A stretch of DNA of 64,000 nt, from contig CANRNY010000010.1 in NCBI GenBank assembly GCA_947632085.1, positions 2,488 through 66,487 of the forward strand, written 5' to 3'. Numbering within the stretch: the first letter of the stretch is position 1; each line of letters begins with the position of its first letter. Made by a program: the position numbers and the translations under genes. This stretch comes from an uncultured Bacilli bacterium (lineage in GTDB: Bacteria > Bacillota_I > Bacilli_A > RF39 > UBA660). Positions 11,301-20,460 of this stretch are shown here, in pieces. The notes under the pieces were generated by a model. That model worked only from the letters and a program-made list of their open reading frames with translations. It was not told the origin of the DNA and did not search any database.

Positions 11301-12533
11301 ATAATTAGCAGCTTCAAAATGAGAAATAGTTTCGACTTCTGATATATCTAAATTAAAAGCAGTTTTAATTAACATTTCGCCATAACCAGTAGAACCAGCA
11401 TTACGAATAATAATATCTTTATTTAAAACTTTATATAAGTTACATAACATATCTTTTAATGTTTCAACAGGTGTTCCTTTATTACTTTGATAATCTTCAT
11501 ATAATAAATTACCTTGATCATCTATTAAAACTAATTTAGCTGTAGTAGAACCTGCATCAATACCAATAAAAGCATCGCCTTTATAAGTTGCTAAATCTTT
11601 TCTTTTAACTTTGTACTTATTATGACGTTTAACAAAATCTTGGTATTCTTTATCATTTTTAAATAATGGTTCTAAGCTAGTAGATGTTTCTTCTTTAAAT
11701 TCTTTTAAATCTTTAAGTAAAGTATTAATCTCTTCTTTAGAATAATATTTTCTTTTACTGTTATCTAAGCAAGCACCCATACAGACGAAAAGATTAGCAT
11801 CTTTAGGAGCGATTACTTCTTTTTTAGATAAGTTTAAAGTTTTAATAAAACGTTCTTTTAAGACTGATAAATAATTTAAAGGACCACCTAAGAAGATAAC
11901 ATTACCTTTAATTGGTTTACCACAAGCAAGACCACTAATAGTTTGGTTTACAACAGCTTGCATAATAGATAAAGCAATATCTTCTTTACGACATCCTTCA
12001 TTTAATAAAGGTTGAATATCAGTTTTAGCAAATACACCACAACGAGAAGCGATTGGATAGATAGTATCGCCTTTTTTAGCTAAATCATTTAAGCCAGAAG
12101 TTGTAGTATTTAGTAACACAGCCATTTGATCAAGAAAAGCACCTGTACCACCAGCACATGAGCCATTCATACGTTGTTCAATAGTTTGATCAAAATATAT
12201 TATCTTGGCGTCTTCCCCACCAAGTTCAATCGCAACATTAGCTTCTTTAGCATAAGTAGTAATAGCATTTTTACAAGCAATTACTTCTTGAATAAAAGGT
12301 ACTTTTAAGTACTTAGCTAAAGATATAGCTCCACTACCAGTAAAAATTAAACTAAATTTACTATCACTAGGAAATTTTTTTAAAGCATTTTTAAATAAAC
12401 TAATAATTGTTTTTTTAGAATCAGATAAATGTCTTTTATAAGCTTTAGATAATATTTTATTATTGTTATCCATTATTACTAATTTAACAGTTGTTGAACC
12501 AATATCAACACCTATTTTATATTTTTTATTCAT
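8313..12533 (-). CDS. Fused CoA-substrate-specific enzyme activase / 2-hydroxyacyl-CoA dehydratase-related protein (1406 aa)
   Basis: Two BcrAD/BadFG-type ATPase modules (GVDIGSTTVKLV and GIDAGSTTAKLV) are followed by long Cys-containing dehydratase-like domains. Confidence 0.85.
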   Translation of the reverse strand: MNKKYKIGVDIGSTTVKLVIMDNNNKILSKAYKRHLSDSKKTIISLFKNALKKFPSDSKFSLIFTGSGAISLAKYLKVPFIQEVIACKNAITTYAKEANVAIELGGEDAKIIYFDQTIEQRMNGSCAGGTGAFLDQMAVLLNTTTSGLNDLAKKGDTIYPIASRCGVFAKTDIQPLLNEGCRKEDIALSIMQAVVNQTISGLACGKPIKGNVIFLGGPLNYLSVLKERFIKTLNLSKKEVIAPKDANLFVCMGACLDNSKRKYYSKEEINTLLKDLKEFKEETSTSLEPLFKNDKEYQDFVKRHNKYKVKRKDLATYKGDAFIGIDAGSTTAKLVLIDDQGNLLYEDYQSNKGTPVETLKDMLCNLYKVLNKDIIIRNAGSTGYGEMLIKTAFNLDISEVETISHFEAANYFLPGVESIIDIGGQDMKYIKIKDNSVNSIMLNEACSSGCGSFIETLAKSLGMDVHEFVRLALTSKQPIDLGSRCTVFMNSKIKQTQKEGRPLADIFAGLSYSVIKNAITKVMKIRDITTLGNKIVVQGGTFLNDAVLRAFEIITGKEVIRPDISGLMGAYGIALIALNNYKSYEDQDVTSSILNLDEINNLKIRTNHTRCQGCENHCALTINMFDKKVFISGNRCEKGSGNNGSTNMLPNMYAWKYERLFNYEPLENAPRGTIGIPRVLNMYENYPLWFTIFTNLGFKVILSDNSSRSLYESGIESMPSESVCYPAKLVHGHIINLIKKGVKTIFYPCLMYESDTFASSDNHYNCPIVQSYSESIRLNVEDLDKNKIKYINPFLPLEEDKLVKRFMELPEFKAYHFTLKEVKKAIHQGFIEQSNYRMEVRQKGEEFIKFVNDHNEKAIVLAGRPYHLDKEINHGIDTMINSLGLAVLTEDSICHLSRIKSKLRVVDQWSYHSRVYNAADVVSQYPNLELVELNSFGCGLDAIVTDQTEEILKANNRLYTTIKIDEINNLGAVKIRIRSLIASMNKRINDYQYQTYSYNKNYFKKEHKGNTILFPDMSPNHMPIFESLLKSEGYNAVYLSKTTDKTVETGLKYVNNDACYPAIIVIGELISALQSGKYDLDKTTVMITQTGGGCRATNYIGLIRKALKDANFEQVSVISLNASGLEKEQAFKYGLSFINKAAQAVVYGDLLAKLLYATRPYEVKKGSTQRLYNKWLKIVCKSIKKGRIVEYKRNVKNIIDDFEKIEVKLTNKPKVGIVGEILVKYHNFANDNLVLKLESEGAEVFAPDLMGFVKYCVYNGIVKEKLLKLSKLGSFVRKKILQVIDLYEKPVKKLLKGTRYRGTTNIYELANNVEGIISTGNQTGEGWFLTAEMVELIKDGIPNIVCVQPFACLPNHIVGKSVIKKIRTIYKDSNIVAIDYDPGSSHTNQINRIKLMLTVAKENIKK

Positions 12534-12614
12534 AACTGCACCTCTTAACTACTACTTAAATCATAATCAAGATTTATGACAACGCCCTTATTATACCACA
12601 AATTGGGGTTTAAG

Positions 12615-14021
12615 TTAATTGCTACTGGGTTTGTACTTATATATAAGATCGCGATCAACAAGGACGATTGGGTCTTTTTTAAACCATTCTGGTAGGGTTT
12701 CTGGATCATTAGTATCAGCATCGTGATAATCATCTAAAAAATAACAATTACTACCAACTTTTTGCCCTACTAAATTATCAACTAAGTAGTAACCTTCTTT
12801 TCTTAGGGCTTCTTGCCATTTAGTTAATAATTCTTCTTCACTAGGTAAGACAGCTTTAGAATAATATTTTTGAACTTCTAAAGCACCAGTTACTTGACCG
12901 CGTGAATCACGATTAATTACTTCTTCATAGTTTTTAGCAATTAAATATAGATTTGGGCAGATAGTTGGTTCGAAAGAATATTTTTTATCAGAATATTTAA
13001 TAATATAATCACCGACACGATAGACATATGAACAAGTTCCTTCGCCAGCATTAGTAATACATTTAGCTTTAGTACTTAATGCTAAATATTTATTAGCTAG
13101 TTCAATAAATTTACTAAGGAGACCACGAGTACACATACCTTCTATAACTTCATTAGGAAAGATATTAATAAATGGTTTTAATAAATTGTAAAAATCATTA
13201 GTAAGATGAGGAGATAAATACTCTTGGTAATGTTGGTATAATTGCCATTTATAATTTTTAGAACTAATAAATAAAGAATCGATATCAGTTATTAATAGTT
13301 TTTTTAAGGTTTCATCATTTTCAACAATAATATAACAATCTATAATACTTGCTAAAGTATTAGACGTATAATTAGTTAAAATAAAGTTTTTAAATTCTTG
13401 ATATAAAGGAATATTATTTAAATTAAGGACAATTAAAATAGCTATCTTAGAAAGATATGATTCATCAGCTATTTGGATAGAGCCATCTTTACTAGTCATT
13501 TTACATACAGATAAAGGGTCTGGGTAAAGTTTGGTAAATAGACGAGGAAAATCGTCAATTATAGTGTACATAGTATGGACACGAATTAACATATCATCAT
13601 TGTAAATTAATTGTTTAATCCATTCTGACTTATTATGAGTAATAGCGTATTTTAGAATAACAAAGGTATTGTCAAAGTTATATTGAACGATTCTAGTTAT
13701 ATGAGTCGCTGTATAAGATACAACCCAAGGATGTAGTTCTAATAATTCGTAATATAAACGATTATTAATTAAAATAGAAGGGCTTTTGTAAAAGAAGTCT
13801 TTAGTAAAATCAGTGTATTCAGTAAGGTCATAAGTCATTAAAAAGGCATAATAAGGATGTTGTTCTTTTAGTTTAGAGAAACAACTTGATAGTATTTTTA
13901 AACGATTAGGATTAGTTCTAACACTATCACAAATAACTTCTTTAAAATAGTTATCTAATTGACTAAAAGTATTAATGTTACCTAATTGTAATTCGGATAA
14001 TATAGGATCATCAGCAGACAT
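12615..14021 (-). CDS. Hypothetical protein (468 aa) with a possible minimal kinase-like C-terminal domain
   Basis: Intact ORF. The C-terminus has GEGTCSYVYRV (Gly-loop-like), YIIKY, YYLVDNLVGQKVGSN and VLVDRD. Confidence 0.6.
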   Translation of the reverse strand: MSADDPILSELQLGNINTFSQLDNYFKEVICDSVRTNPNRLKILSSCFSKLKEQHPYYAFLMTYDLTEYTDFTKDFFYKSPSILINNRLYYELLELHPWVVSYTATHITRIVQYNFDNTFVILKYAITHNKSEWIKQLIYNDDMLIRVHTMYTIIDDFPRLFTKLYPDPLSVCKMTSKDGSIQIADESYLSKIAILIVLNLNNIPLYQEFKNFILTNYTSNTLASIIDCYIIVENDETLKKLLITDIDSLFISSKNYKWQLYQHYQEYLSPHLTNDFYNLLKPFINIFPNEVIEGMCTRGLLSKFIELANKYLALSTKAKCITNAGEGTCSYVYRVGDYIIKYSDKKYSFEPTICPNLYLIAKNYEEVINRDSRGQVTGALEVQKYYSKAVLPSEEELLTKWQEALRKEGYYLVDNLVGQKVGSNCYFLDDYHDADTNDPETLPEWFKKDPIVLVDRDLIYKYKPSSN

Positions 14022-14111
14022 TTATATCACCTTTTTTCTAGGTAGAATATTATAACATTAAGAATTTAGATAAGCAAACTACATAGAGAATTAACTATAA
14101 AATGAAAAGAT

Positions 14112-14134
14112 AAAAAAAAGAAGCAATTGCTTCT
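14112..14134 (-). terminator. Rho-independent terminator
   Basis: Perfect palindrome AGAAGCAATTGCTTCT followed by T8 on the minus strand, immediately after the stop at 14135. Confidence 0.75.
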
Positions 14135-15565
14135 TTATTTTCTCATAAAGTTATATTTTTTAAGACCTACTATTAAGGATACACCAGTACCAAGTCCAAA
14201 TAATACTAATAGGATTAATGATAAATCAGATGTATCTGGAGGTGTTACTGTAGTTGTTGGTGGATTATATCTATAATACATATGTCTAAGTTCGCTTTCA
14301 CAAGTACCAAGTTCGTACTCAAAATCTGGTCTATGTTCAGTAGATGTTACTTCTCCATTACAACCTTCAACATACATTCCAGTAGCGATAAATCCATTAC
14401 CTTCAACTTTTAATTGATTATATGCTGTCATATCAGTTAATTTATCAACTAATTTACCATTAAAGTCATATACAAGGATATCATTAACATATGTATCTAA
14501 TTTGCTATCATAACCCTTTTGACCAAAGAAAACAATGTAATCATCCATTATTTCTCCACCATAGAATCTTTCATAATCTTTAGTTTGAATAGTGAATTTT
14601 TCTTTGCCACCTTTATAAAATTTTAATAAAGCTTGAGTTGATACTTTTTGGTTTTCAATATAATCCATCATAGTTAAACTTGGACCAGCATAATATAATC
14701 CAGCTTTTAAAGTATAATTATTTTTTGTACGTATTGAATACCATCTTTTTAATGTTTTTCCATCTGATTCAGTTTTATTTTCATTGCTTGTGAAGTAGCT
14801 TACTTGTTGATCAGTAGGATCGATGTAATCAACTTTTTTAAAATCTTTATCTATTAATAAATATTTAACGCCATATTTTACACCATTTTTATCTTCATTA
14901 TAATCATAGTCTTCACAATCTTCATCAGAAGGCTCTCTATCATTACATTTTCTTTCTTCTGCTGGTATTCCATATAAATAATATTCTCTATCAGTATAAA
15001 CTAAAATACTACCATCATCATTAAAATGGAAGAAATTAATTCTACCAGTTATAGGATTAATTGAATCAAGGAATAAGTTTCTTATACCACGAGCATTTGT
15101 TAAATAAAATGGATCATAGAAAGTTCCACTTAAACCATCTAGGTTTACTTTACCAACTTCGTTAAGATTTTCGTCTAACTTAACGATGCTTGTTACAGAT
15201 GTATTTCTTTCATCTTCATCCTCTTTAAGAGGTTCTGAAACATCTAAATATAAATACTTACCATCTGTTTCAATAATAGTAGTGTATTTATTAGTAAATA
15301 CCTTTTTCTTTAGTTCTTTACCTTCCTTGTTAAGATATCTAATTGTAAAGTTTTTTCTTGAAGCATCTTCATCAACTGTTATAAATCCATTTTTATAAAT
15401 TAAGTTACGTGATTGTTGGAAATGAGCGGTTCTAACTCCTTTGATAGCATCTGTTTCGAATACTTTTGTTGTTATAGCACTAACAAATATTAGTGAAGAA
15501 ACAAACATTAAGCATAATAGTATTAAAAACGTTGGTTTAAAATACTTTTTAAGTGATTTTTTCAT
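14135..15565 (-). CDS. Secreted/surface protein (476 aa) with an N-terminal signal anchor and a C-terminal hydrophobic anchor
   Basis: N-terminus KKYFKPTFLILLCLMFVSSLIFVSA. C-terminus PPDTSD, then LSLILLVLFGLGTGVSLIVGL, then KKYNFMRK. Confidence 0.65.
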   Translation of the reverse strand: MKKSLKKYFKPTFLILLCLMFVSSLIFVSAITTKVFETDAIKGVRTAHFQQSRNLIYKNGFITVDEDASRKNFTIRYLNKEGKELKKKVFTNKYTTIIETDGKYLYLDVSEPLKEDEDERNTSVTSIVKLDENLNEVGKVNLDGLSGTFYDPFYLTNARGIRNLFLDSINPITGRINFFHFNDDGSILVYTDREYYLYGIPAEERKCNDREPSDEDCEDYDYNEDKNGVKYGVKYLLIDKDFKKVDYIDPTDQQVSYFTSNENKTESDGKTLKRWYSIRTKNNYTLKAGLYYAGPSLTMMDYIENQKVSTQALLKFYKGGKEKFTIQTKDYERFYGGEIMDDYIVFFGQKGYDSKLDTYVNDILVYDFNGKLVDKLTDMTAYNQLKVEGNGFIATGMYVEGCNGEVTSTEHRPDFEYELGTCESELRHMYYRYNPPTTTVTPPDTSDLSLILLVLFGLGTGVSLIVGLKKYNFMRK

Positions 15566-15660
15566 ATTTTATACTTCTCCTATTCTATTGTCTTTATTTT
15601 ATCATTTTAGATTATTAAAAGCAATATAATAATATTTATTAATACTTATTTATACATAAA

Positions 15661-17088
15661 TTAACTGATTTGTTTCTTTTTAACGATAATAATATTTTTT
15701 AGTAAAGGCCATGTTAGTAGTAAATATATTCCAGCTCCAATAATAACTTCTAATAACATATTGATAATTTGATATGGGAATGCAAATGATATTTTATTTA
15801 AAATAAAATACATTATAAAACTACTAATTATGAATAATACTATTCTTGATAAAATTAGTTTTAAATTGATTTTTTTCCTTAAAATAATAATTCTTATTAC
15901 TAAGATAAAATAATCAGAAATTAATGTAGCAATAGCTGCTCCAACAGCATTCCATTTAGGTATTAATATGAAGTTTAAAATTATATTTATCGGAATACCT
16001 AGAGCTACGGTTTTTACATATGTTGTATCTTCATGTTCTGGTAAAAAATACATATCTCTTAACATAGTAGAAAAGGTTAGAGAGAAAAAGTAAAAAGATA
16101 AAAAATATAAGATAGGTATAGCATTTAAGTATTCGTTACTAAAGAAGATGGAAATAAAATCTTTAGAAATAGCTAAAATACCAAAAATACTACCGAAAGA
16201 TAACCAAGAAGTAAATATTAGAGAACTATTTCTTAATTTTTCATTAATTTTGCCTTCATTTTTCTTCTGTTTAGATAAAAAAGGTAATAATACAGTTGAT
16301 AATGGTATTACAATTAAACGCGGTAAGAGCATTATTTTACGAGCACAACTATATAAACCAACTTGAGAAATATGACTTAGATTTCCAAGCATTGTCTCAT
16401 CTAATAAATCATAAATTCGAAGAGCTAATCTAGGTAAGAATAATAAAGCCATACCTTTTAAATGAAGCCAAGAAAATTTGATATGATGATTAACAAATAA
16501 ATCTTTAAAATTAATATATTTTTTTAGAAAAAGCCAATAGTATATATTACTAATTAAATGAGATATTGAAAAAATAAAAGCATATAAAACAACATCATGT
16601 TTATCTTTAACAAAACCAAATATTAAAACTATTGATATTAAATTAATAATAAAGTTCTTAAGAGCAACTAATTTAAGATTTTCAACCCCAGTATAAAACC
16701 AACTAATATTAAAGCAATTAGCTATTAAATAAATAGTAAACATTAAAGATAAAAATAAAGTATTTCGAAAAAATATAACACAAGTTATTATATATATTAA
16801 TATTACTAAAATATGAGCAATAACTTGAATTTTAAAGATACTTTTAAAAGTTAAAAGTAACTTCTTCTTGCTTTGAGAATTTTCAGCTATTTCTCTTGCG
16901 CCATAATATTGAACACCTAAACTAGCAGCTAATATAAAGTAAGAAACTATGGAATTACAATAACTATATAAGCCATAGTTATCAACACCTAATGTTTTAG
17001 ATATATACGGGAATGTAATTAGTGGGAATAGAACTAATAATATTTGATATAAAACATTATATAAATAATTTTTTTTAATTCTATTCAT
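15661..17088 (-). CDS. Polysaccharide/oligosaccharide flippase (Wzx/MOP superfamily)
   Basis: 475 aa with about 12-14 hydrophobic segments. N-terminus LYNVLYQILLVLFPLITFPYISKTLGVDNYGLYSY is typical of polysaccharide biosynthesis flippases. Confidence 0.8.
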   Translation of the reverse strand: MNRIKKNYLYNVLYQILLVLFPLITFPYISKTLGVDNYGLYSYCNSIVSYFILAASLGVQYYGAREIAENSQSKKKLLLTFKSIFKIQVIAHILVILIYIITCVIFFRNTLFLSLMFTIYLIANCFNISWFYTGVENLKLVALKNFIINLISIVLIFGFVKDKHDVVLYAFIFSISHLISNIYYWLFLKKYINFKDLFVNHHIKFSWLHLKGMALLFLPRLALRIYDLLDETMLGNLSHISQVGLYSCARKIMLLPRLIVIPLSTVLLPFLSKQKKNEGKINEKLRNSSLIFTSWLSFGSIFGILAISKDFISIFFSNEYLNAIPILYFLSFYFFSLTFSTMLRDMYFLPEHEDTTYVKTVALGIPINIILNFILIPKWNAVGAAIATLISDYFILVIRIIILRKKINLKLILSRIVLFIISSFIMYFILNKISFAFPYQIINMLLEVIIGAGIYLLLTWPLLKNIIIVKKKQIS

Positions 17089-18439
17089 TAGTTTTTTCCT
17101 TTACTTTATCTGATGCATAAATAATCATTATTCCCATTAACAAATAAAATATTGGTGAAACACGTGTAATACTTATATTAAAGAAAGCTTGTGATATATA
17201 ACCAAAGAAAGCAACTAATAAAGCGATATGATAATAATTAATTTCTTTTTTATTCTTTAATATTTTAGTAAAGGAATTAAAGAAGATATAAGCAATAAAA
17301 ATAATATAGATAATAAATTTGAAAATACCTTCAGTTGTAAGATACTGTAAATATTCATTATGAGCTTTATCAGCTATTTTATTGGTAGTTGGATCAATTA
17401 TTTGATCACTAAAACCACATAGATAATAAAAAGCATCTATACCAACACCAGTCCATATATGTTTAGGATAACAAGATAATGCTTCTTTCCATATGTATAA
17501 GCGACCATGATCAACATTATTACTTTCATTAGAAACAGATACAACTTTTTGAGATAAGTCAGTAATATCTTTTATGTATTCATTATTACTTATTTTACTA
17601 ATTAAAAAACTACACGTTATCATTAATAAAAGATAAATTAAATACTTCTTTTTAGCGTGAGTTATATGATTCTTTTTAATAAAGTATAAAAGTAAGATTA
17701 AAATGTTCATTGCAACAAGACCTACTATACCACTCATTGCTCCACTTATTACAATACCTATAATAGATATAATTAATAAAATTAAAGAAATATAAAAGGG
17801 GCGATTATTGAAATGATTATTGAATAAATAATAACCAAGACATAAACCATTAAAGATAACCATTAAGGCACTTAAGCCATTAGAATTTCCTATAAAAGCT
17901 GTTGCATACATAGCTGGTTTTTTTATCGAAATTCCAAAGATGCTTTTGATATTAAACATTTGTAATGTTCCACAAGATATATTAATTAAACAAAAAGCAA
18001 TAAATAAATATAATAAATATTTTATATATTTTTTATTAGAGATAGTAGTAGCTAATAAAAAGATAATATAATATGAGTATAAAACTAATAAACCTTCTTT
18101 TCGACCAACAAAGCCCCATAGAGCAATTCTTCGATATTCAGAAAAATAATATGATAGATAATCACAAAAAGCCAATAGAATAACTAATATATCTTGAATT
18201 TCTAATTCTTTAGAAAATAGAAATTTATGTATTAGATATATAATAATTCCTATGATACCAAATATTATTAAAGTGTTAGAATAAATAGAATTATCTATTA
18301 TTCCAATAAATAATAAAATTGAACCTAATAAGATAAATAACAATAAAGAAATAAAATACATTAAGTTAATAAAATTATAAGTATTTTCTTTTTTAGATGT
18401 TATTTTAGATTGTTTTTTACTTTTTTTACTGCTTTTCAT
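17081..18439 (-). CDS. O-antigen ligase/polymerase-like (Wzy_C) membrane protein
   Basis: Polytopic membrane protein with the AHNEYLQYLTTEGIFKF motif (Wzy_C signature HN.YL..L.E.G). It overlaps the flippase start by 8 nt. Confidence 0.75.
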   Translation of the reverse strand: MKSSKKSKKQSKITSKKENTYNFINLMYFISLLLFILLGSILLFIGIIDNSIYSNTLIIFGIIGIIIYLIHKFLFSKELEIQDILVILLAFCDYLSYYFSEYRRIALWGFVGRKEGLLVLYSYYIIFLLATTISNKKYIKYLLYLFIAFCLINISCGTLQMFNIKSIFGISIKKPAMYATAFIGNSNGLSALMVIFNGLCLGYYLFNNHFNNRPFYISLILLIISIIGIVISGAMSGIVGLVAMNILILLLYFIKKNHITHAKKKYLIYLLLMITCSFLISKISNNEYIKDITDLSQKVVSVSNESNNVDHGRLYIWKEALSCYPKHIWTGVGIDAFYYLCGFSDQIIDPTTNKIADKAHNEYLQYLTTEGIFKFIIYIIFIAYIFFNSFTKILKNKKEINYYHIALLVAFFGYISQAFFNISITRVSPIFYLLMGIMIIYASDKVKEKTNE

Positions 18440-18519
18440 ATAATCACCTTATTTAATATATAATACCATATTTAGGTTTCTTTTTTATATAAATAAAAAA
18501 AGTTTCTTAGAAAAACTTT

Positions 18520-18879
18520 TTATTTAAAATATAATAATAATCTTTGTTCAGCTTCACGAGCTTTGGCTTCACTCTCTTCAACATGCCAAACATAAACTTC
18601 ACCTAAACAGAAATATAATTCGTAAGCATGAGTATATTCATGGATATTAACACATAGTGATTTTATATCATAGATTATCGGAACGACCATTCTAATATCA
18701 GTTAAAATACCATTAGCATCTATTTTAGGAAATACACCCCAACCAAATTCTTCAACTTTTAAAGGCAATTTCTTTATTTTACCTTTTAAAAAAGCATAAA
18801 AATTAGGATCAGTAATACCTTCTCTTTCTAACGCACATTTTAATTCATTTTGCCAATATTCTTTATTTATATCATCCAT
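18520..18879 (-). CDS. Hypothetical small protein (119 aa) with an HExxH motif
   Basis: Contains IHEYTHAYELY. No other family features recognised. Confidence 0.5.
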   Translation of the reverse strand: MDDINKEYWQNELKCALEREGITDPNFYAFLKGKIKKLPLKVEEFGWGVFPKIDANGILTDIRMVVPIIYDIKSLCVNIHEYTHAYELYFCLGEVYVWHVEESEAKAREAEQRLLLYFK

Positions 18880-18913
18880 AATAATCCCCTACTTGCAATA
18901 TGTTTCTTATAAT

Positions 18914-18942
18914 AACACAAAAACTCACTAAAAAGTGAGTTT
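18914..18942 (-). terminator. Rho-independent terminator
   Basis: AAACTCACT, 4-nt loop, AGTGAGTTT, followed by TTGTGTT on the minus strand, just after the stop at 18945. Confidence 0.7.
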
Positions 18943-18944
18943 TA

Positions 18945-19379
18945 TTATAAAAATTGTTTTAGTTTTTCAACAGCGTCTTCCTGCATATCAACATATTCTT
19001 TTAATAATGAATGAATATCTTTATCAGTACTATTATTATTTAATAATCTTCTTCCTTCTATAATACCCATATTAGTACCTTGTAAAAGTAATTCAGCTAT
19101 TTTAGAAGTACTATCATCCATCATTGTTTTCATTTCAATACCATACCATGTCATTACTTTATTCATTGTATTAGTTTCATGCGGTTCTTTATTACTATAT
19201 TCAGGGTATAATTTACTAATCTTATTTAAGATTTCTTTATATTTTTTACCTTGTCTTTCTAATTCTTTTTTTAATTCTTTATCAGATACTTTTTCTAAAA
19301 TAAAATAGATAGCATCACGACCCATACAAGCGCCTTTATTTAATTCATCTAGAACATCTATTTCTTCTTTATCTTTCAT
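18945..19379 (-). CDS. Hypothetical helical protein (144 aa), possibly a ferritin-like four-helix bundle
   Basis: Intact ORF with predicted all-helical composition. The DUF2383-like resemblance is weak and from memory only. Confidence 0.5.
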   Translation of the reverse strand: MKDKEEIDVLDELNKGACMGRDAIYFILEKVSDKELKKELERQGKKYKEILNKISKLYPEYSNKEPHETNTMNKVMTWYGIEMKTMMDDSTSKIAELLLQGTNMGIIEGRRLLNNNSTDKDIHSLLKEYVDMQEDAVEKLKQFL

Positions 19380-19434
19380 ATTCTTTCTCTCCTTTATCTT
19401 TATTGTGGGATGAAAAAATATTTTTTATACAAGT

Positions 19435-20460
19435 TTAATCAATTAATTTATTATTTTCTTGGTATATTTTTGAAGAATATTTAATAAGACCATCATTAGC
19501 TAGACGATAGACAAAAAATGATTTAATAACTTCTAAACTATCAATGTTTTGATATTGAGTTTTTAAAAGATTATATTCTTTATCATCAATCATCCAGTTA
19601 AAAGCTGTTTTATCAGCTTTAATTTCGTAATCTTCAGTAGAAGATTCATCTTCTAAACTTATAATAGAACCATTTTTAGCACGATTAAAATCACTTTTAC
19701 AATGAGCTAGTTCATGGAGTAAGGCAAAATAAATATCGGCATATCTTTTATATTTCTTAGTAATATAAATAGCTGGTTTATCATTTAAGACTTTAAATGC
19801 CCCTCTTATTTTAGATCCTTTTAAGTCTTCTTCAATAGCTAGATAAAGTCCATTATCATTAAACAATTTAATTAACTCTTCTGGATTAAAAATATTTTGT
19901 TTAGCATATTCTTTTATTTGAGAAACAATAATATTAATATTATCTTTAGAATATTCTTTTACTTGTTCATTAATAACTACTTTATAACATCTTTCTAACC
20001 ATAAAGCTAATAGTTCTGGTTTATCATTTTTACTTTTATAAAATATAATATTATTATCCTTATATAAACTATTAGGATTACTTATTCTTAAGTATTTTAA
20101 AATACCTTTAGCAATACTATAACTATTACGTTCGTCGGTAAATTGACAATGATACTTTTCAGAAAATTCTTTATAATTAAACTTATTTATATACTCTTTA
20201 ATTGTTATATTCTCTTTAGCAAGATATTCATCTATTACTTTATCCATTTTAAAATTAGCTTCGACATTTTCAATATAACTAACAGGTATATCAGTAACAA
20301 AAGAAATGTTATAAATTATATTCTGGGATAATTCTATTTTCCCTTTAAGAATATCAATTAAGTTTTTAGGGGTTGTATTAATTCTTTCAGCAAAATCTTT
20401 ATTACTAATATTGTTATATTTTAAGTATTCAGCAAGCTGACTTCCAAATTTATTCATCAT
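19435..20460 (-). CDS. Fused XRE-HTH / ImmA-IrrE (M78, COG2856) metallopeptidase-domain protein, putative antitoxin or regulator
   Basis: N-terminal HTH (LAEYLKYNNISNKDFAERINTTPKNLIDILKG). C-terminal HEXXH (ALLHELAHC). It overlaps the upstream toxin-like gene by 11 nt. Confidence 0.85.
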   Translation of the reverse strand: MMNKFGSQLAEYLKYNNISNKDFAERINTTPKNLIDILKGKIELSQNIIYNISFVTDIPVSYIENVEANFKMDKVIDEYLAKENITIKEYINKFNYKEFSEKYHCQFTDERNSYSIAKGILKYLRISNPNSLYKDNNIIFYKSKNDKPELLALWLERCYKVVINEQVKEYSKDNINIIVSQIKEYAKQNIFNPEELIKLFNDNGLYLAIEEDLKGSKIRGAFKVLNDKPAIYITKKYKRYADIYFALLHELAHCKSDFNRAKNGSIISLEDESSTEDYEIKADKTAFNWMIDDKEYNLLKTQYQNIDSLEVIKSFFVYRLANDGLIKYSSKIYQENNKLID

